DNA from: Trichoplax sp. H2
Lineage: Eukaryota
Length of the DNA stretch: 33,756 bases
Direction of reading: 5' to 3'
Assembly: GCA_003344405.1 (NCBI GenBank)
Contig: NOWV01000183.1
Span: 124,001-157,756 of the forward strand
Position 1 is the first letter of the stretch; each line of letters begins with the position of its first letter. The notes beneath the pieces were generated by a model. It was not told the DNA's origin, did not search any database, and saw only the letters and a program-made list of their open reading frames with translations. Positions 1 through 10,814 of the stretch are shown here, piece after piece. The position numbers and the translations under genes are program-made.

Positions 1-89
1 ACGCCACGTGTACGATATGGCGCCAGTGAAAATGGTATTAACCTGATGCTGTACCCTGGGCTACTACAAAAAGACCTTGAGTTTACCTG

Positions 90-300
90 CTACACTATAC
101 TGTACACTGTACGAGTAGTTTTGTTTGTTTTACTTCTGTTTGTACAGTGTGAACCAGTTCGAATCAGAGTACAGTACTGTACTGTACTGTATATATGATG
201 GCAGCAGTTTTGACGTACTGTACACTGTACTGTACTGTACACTACACTGGGTACTGTACATTACTTTACTGTACTGTACTGTACTGTACAGTGTACATTG
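90..300. repeat. Degenerate (GTACT)n/(AGTAC)n pentamer repeat island
   Basis: Runs such as ACTGTACTGTACTGTACTGTACAGT, and the 16-bp palindrome AGTACAGTACTGTACT at 168-183. Confidence 0.85.
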
Positions 301-821
301 GACATGGCCATTTTTTTGGCATCAATTTGTACAACATTGATCGCAAATGTATGGCTTTAATATGTACAGATCGCTCTTGACTTGGAGATTCTATATCCGT
401 AATGAGTGGGTAACTTTCGACGATAGAGACTTATGTGTACAGCAAAGTTGATAACGATTGGTCTTTTTGAGCGTTTTGCTTCTACTTGCTACTATTCAAA
501 CATACAGTGTACAGTATAGTACTGTCCAGTATTGAAGAAAACAGATCACCTTCAGTACGGTGACCGAGAAGGACCACTCATCTACTACTGTACAGAGGGT
601 GTCCAAAAATTATCCCCGCGCACAAATTTAAAATTAGTATTGCCAAATCGAGCAGTAATTTGCCCAAAAAATGTACCGAAATGTAGAGTAATAAATAACC
701 TATCATAATCTGAAAAATTTAAAGCTGTAGGTTTTGTACTTTTACAGATATTAAGCTTTAAAATAAAAAAGTTTAAATAAACTATGTTACCCATTCTACA
801 GTACTTTCTAAACAAGATTTG

Positions 822-886
822 ACTACTGTACTGTACTTAGACTAGATGCGAGTAAACCTACAGTACTGTACTGTACTGTACTGTAG
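822..886. repeat. (GTACT)n pentamer run
   Basis: CAGTACTGTACTGTACTGTACTGTAG at about 861-886. Confidence 0.8.
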
Positions 887-2470
887 GCTGTCGACTCTCG
901 CGCAGTTGCCTGACCGAGGCCAACAAAACTACACCTGTCCACGGTAAAAGTCGTAAAACCAGCATACAGTAGAAGATCTTTGCATCATATCGCCTTAAAA
1001 GGCTGCATTGATCTGATTCTAGATTATAATTGGTGTCGACACTGCATGAAAATGGACATTAATAGTACAGAAAATCCCTCTAAAGTATAGCATGCGTACA
1101 GTGTACTCATCTTTTCAAATCATGAGCCATGACATTCTTATACCAGCTTGTTTGTTATTACTTGGCTTCAAAATTGAACTTGCTTAACAATACCCAACGA
1201 CTGTATACAGTCCTATAGTACACAGTTGTTGCCATGTCTGCATCGCTGAGACGCAAATAACAGCGTAACAGAGCAAGTTAACACTGAGTAAAGTACAACC
1301 GTAGTGTCAAGACATATATATATATAGAACATCGAAAGCGTACACATCTTTTCATTCGATATGGAGCACAAACCATTTCGCTATTGCAAAGATAGAAATT
1401 TCCTTTATTGTTCTGCTACATGTACGTTTACTTGCATTACGATAACTCCGTCTACGAACAGCCTTGCATTAAAATTTCTAAACAATTGCCGTTATCATTT
1501 TCAGAAAGGGCTAATTAGATACTGCTAGTATCGTACTAGAGAATATGATCAAAACTCAGCCAGTTAGAAGTAAATAGTCATGAAGGTAAAAACTTGACAG
1601 TAAATTACATAGTATAACAAATGAAATTGAACATTTGTAAATAAAAATTTTAATAGATCACTAGCTAAGTCTCTCACAAAGCCACTCTACTATAGCACCG
1701 TAGAAACAAATTCAGCTTCTTACACATAGTTTTTCTTCTATCATGGCTAACAAAAGAAAGGCGAATGAGGTTGCAAACAAAATTACAGTACACATAATTT
1801 AGCAATGATACAATCTGTGAAGTGGGCATAGATAGCATCATTATGGCTTGTGTTGTATTACGATTCTATAGTCACATAGCCAGATTTTCATTACAGCATT
1901 CCAATACCAATGCATTTAATAACATCTTTTAACGCAAAAATTTTTGAATGTAAATCGGTTACTGTACAGCAAATGATAATACAACTGATTGTACGAAACT
2001 TAAAAAGAAATATAATATCAATCCTTATGTCGGGGGGAGGGGGCACTTAACAATTTCATTAAACCATCCAAAGTGGCAATAAATTTAGTTGAGCTTTGGT
2101 GCACCTTTGATATCCAAGCTTTCAAGACGATACTGCTTGATAATGTTTTCTCACGCAAAGACTGCACTATATACGATACATAAGAAATTTGGTGTGAAGT
2201 ACGGATAGCTACTATAGCATAAGGATGCAATTATTACAGCCACCACATTCTTTATAGGTACAACGGGCAAATATTTTAAACACTTTTCTTTTGCTACGCT
2301 TCAGCGTTAGCATATATGTCAAGAATATATTTAAACAAATTTCTCCTACGTCCCACCATATAGATTTTTTCATTACTTCATACGCATGCAATATTATCCA
2401 CAATCTAAGTTGCGTACTAAATATCACTAATATATATTGTGCCATAAAGCAACATTAATCAGATTTAGTG

Positions 2471-2750
2471 TCATCGTTTTTCTTGAAACAAATACAGATT
2501 ATTTGTAGCTGCAACAGCTAATATATTTTCGGAGGGATGCCACGCCGCGTGAAGAATTTTCTTATTAAAGTCCAAACTCTCAACTCCAATTTCGTCTTTC
2601 TTCCGTCTGTTTGACGACGACACATGCTTTGGCTTTAAAATACTCTTTCCTTTTAATGTTACCTCACGAGATGCTTCAAAGCAGTTATCCCGAAGTGAAT
2701 TGCGGTCAAATAATCGGAAAAAGTTGTTATACGAACCAGTCATAATACCA
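2471..2750 (-). CDS. PPP2R2: B55 exon 8, terminal ([12 protein letters not shown]...LYLFQEKR*)
   Basis: CAG acceptor and TGA stop at 2473-2471; within ORF 2471-2821. Confidence 0.96.
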
Positions 2751-5700
2751 CTGCAAAAGAGTATCCAATAAATAAAAAAATCAATTGCTTCTATACATTC
2801 CATAGTTAAACAACGAAACACATCCTTACGCTAACAATCTGACCAACTTAATCAACAATAACTAACCTATCATCACCACTCCAACAACATTCAAATTTGT
2901 CAAAAATACAATCGTTCTCGTACAGTGAGCACAACCTATTCCGCAAATACTCATGAACATAATAAGTTTCTACTGGCTTTGAATCCATATGTAGGTCCCA
3001 AACTTTCACCGTTAGGTAATCGCGTGATATCATATAACGACCATTATGACTAAACTTTACATCTGATATAGACGCAATTATTTCCGAAAAGAAAGATTTA
3101 TTATTGACATCTTCTGGCTCTTCGAATACTATGTACAAAAATGAACCAGTTGCAAATTCATCATAAGAATTAAAAATAGTACAATATGACATGAAAGCAT
3201 CAAATAAGAATAGCACTTACACTTAGCATGTTTATCACATAATGCTGCAGCCCTCATATCGCACAACTTAAGAGTTCCTTTGCTGCTACTATAAACGAAA
3301 ACGTTACAATTGCGGGGATGAAATTCTGCACAGGTTATAACTTCTACAAGTTCTTCCATATTGGCTGGCTTAATGTCAACAACATCTTAGAAGTAACCGT
3401 TAAAGAAATTATAAACAAGAACTGGATTGATAGAATACATTCAATTACCACAATTAATAATCATTGCAAAATTGTATAAAATAACTGCATTCATAACATC
3501 TTTATTCAAGGATACTGAAACTTTGATCGGTTCTACTTAAATTCCAATAATTTATCCTTAAGTCGTCGGCGGATAAGTACGTTTCGTCGTCGCTATTGCA
3601 CGAAATTGAATTAATATGATAAGTGTGAGCATTAGCGAAAACACGCTTTAGACTTGCTTCCACTGTTAATTCCATAGGTCTTAACACTGGGACATGAAGC
3701 TTAGTAATATTTCTTGGATCCCTCGGGAGGCCACTTTCGTCGTAACAATTTAATCCATCGGCCCGAAATTGACGCTCAGCAACTTTCCATAATTTTATGG
3801 TTTTATCTACGGTTAACAAAGAAGAAGTGGCCATAATAGTTAATGGCTATACTGTATGACGTGACGGAATCCTAGTAACTCTTGAATCGGCAAAGTATCG
3901 AAATATGATCAATGGATACTATAAAATTCTTTCCATATATATATTCGTAACTATCAATCTATAACTAGGAATTTTGCGCTCAAGATCGCTTAAATTGTAC
4001 CCATGAATTAGCATTGTAAAGATTTTAACTTCTAGGAGAAAATTATCCCAACGATATCGTTAACTACATTATATTAGCCAAAATGGATCCAATTTAATGT
4101 TTCAATTTACAGAATACCGTAGGTTACACAAAACGCAAAGTTAGAGTACCCTACTTAAATCTACTTCCGATAGGCGCTACGTTGAACGCTAAGTGATACC
4201 AATACAAGATAATTAATTTATTAGATATAATCGAAATACTGCTTATCGTATCTCGTAAAATTAGTAATAACCTTAAGCTACGTCTATGTAGGGCTAAAAA
4301 TCTACAAATCAATAGTCAACTTTCATAAGCTAAAACTATAGTGAAAGTACAAGACGGCCCTGTAAAAGGTACTGTATTACAGATTAATTATTACATACTG
4401 TTATTACACATACAAAATATGTAATAAGACTTTGCGTATCATTTAGTGGGGGAAAAAAAATGATGTGTTAAAGACTTAACTAGCGATGGTCACTAATTAC
4501 TATGATATCTACTGCAAGATAAATGATGACCGTGACAATTCACTTAAATATTTCTCAATCATTGAGCGATTTCAATACTGCAGTTCAGTAGCCACGACGT
4601 GCAAACGCACAATCAATAAATAGCATTAATCTAAGTAATCACACAATTTCAGATTGAATATTAAAAGATACAGAATTAAAGCATTACAGGATCATGCAGA
4701 CACTTGCCAAATAGAAACTAAATTATTGAAAAATATTGTATAAAGCACTATTCAACTAGTGAACAATAGCTATCAAAAAATTATTTTGACAGTTTGAACT
4801 GCTATAAACAAAACGCTCAGTCGAGATTAGTTCATCTGGGGGAAACATCAGGTAAAAGTAAGAAAGAAATTCCCTTTTGAACCCTACTAATGAACACAAT
4901 TAATTTTACGCGGCGATAAAGGTAAGTACAGAAGACTAGAAGAGAACATGGATAAAATAAACAAGTTTTCGATTCAACAATGATGTTACAAACCGTTAGT
5001 AGATAATAAAAAATGGGCGGAATTGGGCCTTTTAAGCCAACGGATCTTGTTAATTTTTTCTTCAATTTCTAAGCTCTTCAAATAGTCAAATTCAGGCTCA
5101 TGGCTTTGAAATGTACTGTATACATTATATTCTGCTCTATATGGCGGTTTCTTCGACTAAGATGGACGATATTGAAAAAAAAGAATATTTAAAAGAACGT
5201 TTAATCAAGCATTCATTTACCGAATAAGGAAGCTTGATTTTATACAATTGCAGCTTTTCATAGCATGCGATTGAATGAAGAATAAACTGCTAAGGTAATT
5301 AATAAGAAAATTGTCTAAATGCTATCAAGAAATCATCAAAAAGTCCATCTGGCGTGCTCTATATTATAGTAATGTATATATAATTTTTTTGATTGGAAAA
5401 AATTAAAGGTTCTAGGAAGTAATATGTTTGCGGTAGCTTAGTGAAATAGTGACTTTTTGTCTTGACATGTTTATAAGATAGATAGTGCCCACGTCCATGG
5501 CAGGCTTTCAAGACTCAATCGACTGCATTATACAATGAAAGTAAAAACAAACCAGGCAACATACAGCTAAATAAATCGCTTAGAAAGCATTCAACTATTA
5601 ATGTAGCAGATCTCTCAGAATGTGGAGAAGATGGAGGAAGCGAAGGATTTTAATAATACTTTCCATCTCTATCTTGATCGTTCATGAAATTGTAATATAA

Positions 5701-7696
5701 TGGAACTACTGGCAGTTTATCTATTACATTGTACAGTACTTCCATTGGACTTCAATTGCGTTTAAGTTGTAGCATTAAGGTTCTATGCCAATACATACGG
5801 TAGATAGAACAAAGATTACAGATGGCGTAATAAAATAAAATCATCTATAGTCCGTTGAAGAATCAACATTAATAAGTATAGTACAGTAAGCGATCGAGAG
5901 CCATCTATCTTGAAGAAATCCATTACATACAGTCTATGTGTCAAAGAGGTAATATCAGTCCTATCTGCATCTCCCTTGTAGACCAACAAGGAAATGGAAG
6001 TGGCAACAACTACGATCGCTTTTAGACTAGTATCAATGAATACGTCTTCCATGTCATTTTAAGTGTAGTTGAAGGTTTACATTGATATTAGAGATGTATT
6101 TTTAATTAGATTTGTTGTATTTCTATACGAGTATCTACATATTATTGATGCTGCTGTAATTTGAAAGCTTGTTTTGAATCAAGAATACTGTATAATAAAC
6201 AATATTTATCGACACTTTCATGACTTTTTAATACACAGCCAGTTGGAAGAAAGTAATCCATTAGAAAGTCAAAAATTGGCCATTTCGTTAAAATACTCTG
6301 CGCACAATTGAACAAAATCAAACACTTGGTCATTAGTAGGAATCCATACCGTGGCTTCGCGCTGGAATATGACCACGCGGCCACCTTTATCTCCGGTTGC
6401 TAATAATTCACCAGTTTGATTAAATTCCACCGTAGAAATAATATCGGCTATTGAAAAACAAGTTGATCATTAGTATTAGAAGCGAAAAATTGGATAATAT
6501 AGAATTGGATTTAGGTAGACAAGTTCATCAACGACTTTGTCCAGTCTTGATGCAATATTTTAGCATTGATTTTGATACTGTAAGAAGCGTTGTGTCTAAT
6601 GCGCTGGAGAAGAGGCAAGGTAGAGCTCCATTCTGCCGTCCGTATAGTATAGTAGAGTAGGGGAAGGGCATGATGTGGTCGGCTGTATACGAAGAGTACA
6701 GTAGCTACTGGTGTACAGTATGTTACGTGTACTGTATCGTATAGGAAGAGAGTTTATACAGTAGAGGTGTAGTACAGTATGTCCAAGTTGACGAGGCAGC
6801 TTGGTCAAAGCGGCAATAAAAAAGAATGGAGGTCATCGACGATCGATTGATAAAAATGGACGTGGAAAATATTCAACTGTCATCATTGAAGGACATATGT
6901 TGAAGATATTTTCTCTTTTCTGGATGGCAAAGTGAGTGACATTGTGACAAGACAATAACAGACATACAGTCGACTTTGATCGATTTGAACAAAAACTTTC
7001 CTAACGCTGTCAATGACTGGAGATGGAGAAAAGACAAACTGCATTTCTCGATGGTCTGTGAACTATCTTAACAGCTCAAAGAGATAATAAAATTTGGAAA
7101 AAAGAATTTCCTGATATTGATAGTAATGCGATTAAAGTAGTTGAAGTCCCATGGTAGAATGCAAGGCAATTTTTAGGGCTGAAATTGGCTATCATTTGTG
7201 CATGGTATCAAGCTTTGCCAAACTTGTGCAAAATGGGCCCCTCACTCTGTCTCTCTTCTACTCAACTGTAATAGAGTGGTACTAGTCAAAGCTTGAGGCA
7301 GATTGGGTCGAAAAGTGGGTAGTGTAGAGTACTGTAAAAAATTGGAGACTGTCCATTGTTGTGTGTTGTAGAAGAAAGTCAATCTAATCTGCTGTACACA
7401 AGAGAGAGAGAGAGAATACTATCTGTACACAAGCGCTAGCCATAACAGCCAGTTTTGCCTACTTGGTGTTGGCGCACCAATTACTGAAAGCAAAAAAACG
7501 CGACCCCTGTATTGCGATTAAATTGAGCAATTTACAGCATGGAGAGCACAACACCATTTACCTTCGGTCACTTCATCGTCAATAGTGCCTTTAACTTGTG
7601 CAAATGACCACTGCATATCTCCGCTTTCTAATCCAATGAAAGAAGGACGATTAGGAAATGTTTGAATTATGACGGTGGAAAAAACTCACGGTACAT
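2471..7696 (-). CDS. PPP2R2: Serine/threonine-protein phosphatase 2A 55 kDa regulatory subunit B (B55/PR55, WD40 propeller), 8 coding exons, 443 aa
   Basis: Hand-spliced exons 7696-7690, 7627-7562, 6447-6350, 5156-4994, 3806-3516, 3385-3221, 3128-2867 and 2750-2471 total 1332 nt in frame, with GT-AG introns. The translation carries B55 hallmarks: [88 protein letters not shown] and [12 protein letters not shown]. The paralog (A/B/C/D) cannot be assigned. Confidence 0.97.
2867..3128 (-). CDS. PPP2R2: B55 exon 7 (LFEEPED...CWSGDD)
   Basis: TAG acceptor and GTTAGT donor; within ORF 2848-3216. Confidence 0.96.
3221..3385 (-). CDS. PPP2R2: B55 exon 6 ([24 protein letters not shown]...LCDKHAK)
   Basis: AAG acceptor after a U12-type branch site and GTAAGT donor; overlaps ORF 3129-3359. 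Confidence 0.96.
3386..3515 (-). other. U12-type (minor spliceosome) GT-AG intron, 130 nt
   Basis: The 5' splice site GTATCCTT matches the U12 consensus RTATCCTT. The branch sequence TTTCTTTAAC (3408-3399) lies about 13 nt before the AAG acceptor, with no long polypyrimidine tract. Confidence 0.92.
3516..3806 (-). CDS. PPP2R2: B55 exon 5 (DKTIKLWK...RTDQSF)
   Basis: Lies within ORF 3502-3834 and ends at the U12-type donor GTATCCTT. Confidence 0.96.
4994..5156 (-). CDS. PPP2R2: B55 exon 4 ([54 protein letters not shown])
   Basis: TAG acceptor and GTTTGT donor; contains the PR55 signature [15 protein letters not shown]. Confidence 0.96.
6350..6447 (-). CDS. PPP2R2: B55 exon 3 ([32 protein letters not shown])
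   Basis: TAG acceptor and GTATGG donor; highly conserved B55 motif. Confidence 0.96.
7562..7627 (-). CDS. PPP2R2: B55 exon 2 ([21 protein letters not shown])
   Basis: TAG acceptor and GTAAAT donor; conserved B55 N-terminal motif. Not in the ORF track. Confidence 0.93.
7690..7696 (-). CDS. PPP2R2: B55 exon 1 (7-nt coding part, ATG TAC C)
   Basis: ATGTACC is followed by a consensus GTGAGT donor; phase 1 joins exon 2 to give MYQSGDMQW across a 62-nt intron. The internal Met in GDMQW is an alternative start. Confidence 0.65.
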
Positions 7697-7789
7697 TATT
7701 TCAACTAAATTGACGTTAATGTGGAGAAAACTCGACGCACAGGCTTATAATCAGCTTACTTGGGTAAAGTGAAACACTGACACTAAATC

Positions 7790-9260
7790 CACTGTACTAT
7801 GCATGCGATAATGCTTGTGCTTGCAGTCTAGCCTTGACTCATACAGTACTCAACGTACAGTACTACCACCGCGCTACAGTGTCAGGATACCCTGGACTGT
7901 ACTGTACACTCTCTACTTTTCCCTTGCCCCGCTGATGCTGAATTACTGTGGATTGTACTGTAGACACTACAGTACAATCCACTACTGTAGTCAACCGCTT
8001 TTTCTTTCTTTTGCTAATAAGGCAGACTGCGCACAGACAACTGAGACAAGCGCGTCAATACTGGAGAGAAAAAATGATTATTATTATTATTATTTATTAT
8101 TATTATTAGTAGTAGTAGTAGTAGTAGTAGTCGTATTCCATTAGACATTATACTGCATCGATATGAAGTTTTCTGTTGCCAATCCAAGGCGTCTTGATTT
8201 TTCGCCCTCCTGATTGACGGATTCATCATTCAGTTGGTTCTATGCCTAGATCATTCATACTACTGTGTATATGTTATATACTGTACAGAGAGAGAAATAG
8301 AGACACTACAATCCAATACAACAGCAGTTAAGTCACGCACTCGTTGAAACCAAGTTAGTTGACCGTGGTTCAGTAGTGTACTGTAAGCTGCGTCATACTT
8401 GGAAATTACAGTACTGTACTGTACGTACAGTATCATGGCGCCGGAGCGGCAAGCTGCAGTATGGTTATAATTTCATGGAATTTGCTGTCAAAACAAAAAT
8501 TGTTTCTTTTTTGGTGCCTATCTACAGTATAGTACAGTACACATGGTCAAAAGAACCCATGTACTGTATAACCATGGCCGAACTACTGCAAGAAAAGCTT
8601 TTCTGTGAGTCTATGGCCAAACTCAGTACAAGACAGCCCAGAATGGAACTGGGTCTACACTGTCACTGTAGAATGAGTCTATCGGTCCGTCCACTACTGT
8701 ATGGATGCTTTCATCATAACACTCTTTTCTTCCTTTCTTTTTACTCAAGTCAACTGGACTGAATCAGTAGAGACCCTGTATGAATCGGCAGCTTCTAAAG
8801 AGACAATAAGCAAAAAGAGAATTTCCTTTTCTGACAAGTCCCTGACTGAATGGACTGAACAGTGTACAGTATACGGTATACAGTACTACACTACTCATCC
8901 AGTTTTCTTGATTGCTTGAACTCCACAGTCCCGTCGTATGACTGTAGTGAATACAGTGTACAGTGTATAGTACTGTACAGTACAGTATTATGCATGCTCG
9001 AGAATGAAGATAGAAAATTCTCTTGATTCCTAGTCCTAAACGAAAGACGGACACGGAAAGGGCTATGGTGGAAGAGAGTACACCTGATTAAAAGCGTATT
9101 TTAATTCGCTTTGACCAGCCTTTCAAGATAGGGGGAATAAAGCACAATTTGGATCTTGAACGCAATTGATCTAACTTGATTGTAACTTACTGACGGTAGT
9201 AGGATAGAGTAAGATATGGTCGACCTTCTTACTGTACTGTACTCTCTACATTGTACAATG
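7790..9260. promoter_or_regulatory. Putative B55 promoter region enriched in TACTGTA/TACAGTA motifs, with a YY1-like ATGGCG
   Basis: Immediately upstream of B55 exon 1, with many dispersed GTAC-core motifs and ATGGCGCC at 8435-8442. Function is inferred from position only. Confidence 0.45.
8077..8131. repeat. Compound microsatellite (TTA)n(TAG)n
   Basis: ATTATTATTATT...AGTAGTAGTAGTAG is directly visible. Confidence 0.9.
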
Positions 9261-10814
9261 CACATTGGTATACTAAACTGTAACATCAATGCTAGATTCT
9301 TCAGCTTTAGCAAGCAAACAGTAAATTACCAAAAAGATGCACGTAGTCAAGCTATTCATCGACTTGAAGGTGTGGATATTCTGTGCAAACATGCATCGTA
9401 TTCCAACTATTATTATAGCTAGGATTGCTACATGTAATTCATAATCATGACAGTATCATTAAACTGAAATCACAACACTATGCCACTTGCTAGACCTTGC
9501 CAGTGTTCTGTATGGAAGAATACACTAACCTGTTGTACTGCACCTAATGGGTTAGCCTAAGATCAGGGTATAATATGTCATTACGGCTATACTATTTAAA
9601 TGCAGTAAATCCTTAATAAAACAGACTTTCAGTAACCTTACTAGGAGGAGTGGATCAAAGTTCCTCCATTCAAAGTTACAGGTCCGACCAAGACAGAATC
9701 GTGACACAAATGCATAACAATAACAGTGACTTCTCCTTTTTTTATTTTTTTGTATTTTTGGACTACCCAATGGTAACAACAACATTATTCATCATTCTCT
9801 AAACGGCAGTAATTTATTGATGTTACTTGTTGGCAGCAAGTTGCCATTCTCAAGCATTGACTTTTAAAGAATAAATAAAATAGGCAGCATCACAGATGAA
9901 TTCCATTTTATTTATTTCGTTAATCCTGCAAGCTTCTTAAATTACGAGACGTGCGTACATCGTGCTAAACTACTTTGACGTAAGATTGTTATAGCAAAAT
10001 AGATATCCATCATCAAGTTACTAAATTGTCAACGGAGAATGCGATCTCGTTTACGTATAAATAATGAAACTGTCAAAAAGATACATTATATTTATACACA
10101 TCAATCATATTATGAACCAGCGATAGGAAGATATTGACTTTAGCAAAGAATACAGTTTGAATGAATCATCTTACTTTAGTATGAACATACAGTAGTTCTG
10201 ATGAAGAGAAAGTACTGAAAATTAGGGTTGAATTTCATCTGTAATATACCATGTTTAGTTCGAGTCAAGTTGTAAGGAAATTGAGGCAGAAATTTGCATT
10301 TATACTGATTTAAAAATGTCAGTTAGGATAGGATATCAATTATACTCGAAATAAAATTACTGTATGATAGATAGTCAATAACCATTAGCTAAGTTTATAT
10401 TAAACATGTCTCAAAAATAATAATATTGACCTTGATTTACAGAGAATAGACGTCTGGACATTCAAGAAAATGAATCAATGGTTATTACAATAGGTGTTTC
10501 CATAAAATTCTGCTTGCTAAAATGGAAATAAAGGTCATGATAGCAATTCTAAATTATCATATGCTCCTGTTTATAGCTTTTAAAAGTTATCGTAACAATA
10601 CGCAATAACCAATAACTTTAAATCTAAACTTCTTGCATAGCCTCGGCAATGCAAATTGCTAACTACACTATTTATTGTACGCTCACACCATAAAAAACTG
10701 GCTGAGATAATAATAAATAGTGTTCCAAGCTTAGATTGTTGTGATGACAGTACGTTGATGTATCTTCAGCATTTATAAACAGCTAGAAAGAGTTTATTGC
10801 ATTGCCACTGCTCA

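Noticed and set aside
125..380. ORFs rich in YCTVL
   Set aside because: These are translations of the GTACT pentamer repeat, with no protein-like content.
17..1090. Possible selenoprotein W/Rdx-like or RPL22-like gene (MAPVKM, CEPVRIRVQYC, IALDLEILYP, in-frame TGA at 911)
   Set aside because: The fragments could not be spliced into a consistent frame, there is no CxxU/C motif, QYC derives from the repeat, and no SECIS was recognised.
2465..2473. Stop-codon readthrough at the B55 TGA-C
   Set aside because: An in-frame TAA follows after one codon, and the context is not CTAG.
4832..6384. ORFs 4832-5065, 5816-6052 and 6142-6384 on the minus strand
   Set aside because: They are off-frame overlaps of true B55 exons or intronic chance ORFs.
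7815..8229. ORFs with poly-Y/L/V and poly-L/I/N tracts
   Set aside because: They are produced by the (TTA)n(TAG)n microsatellite.
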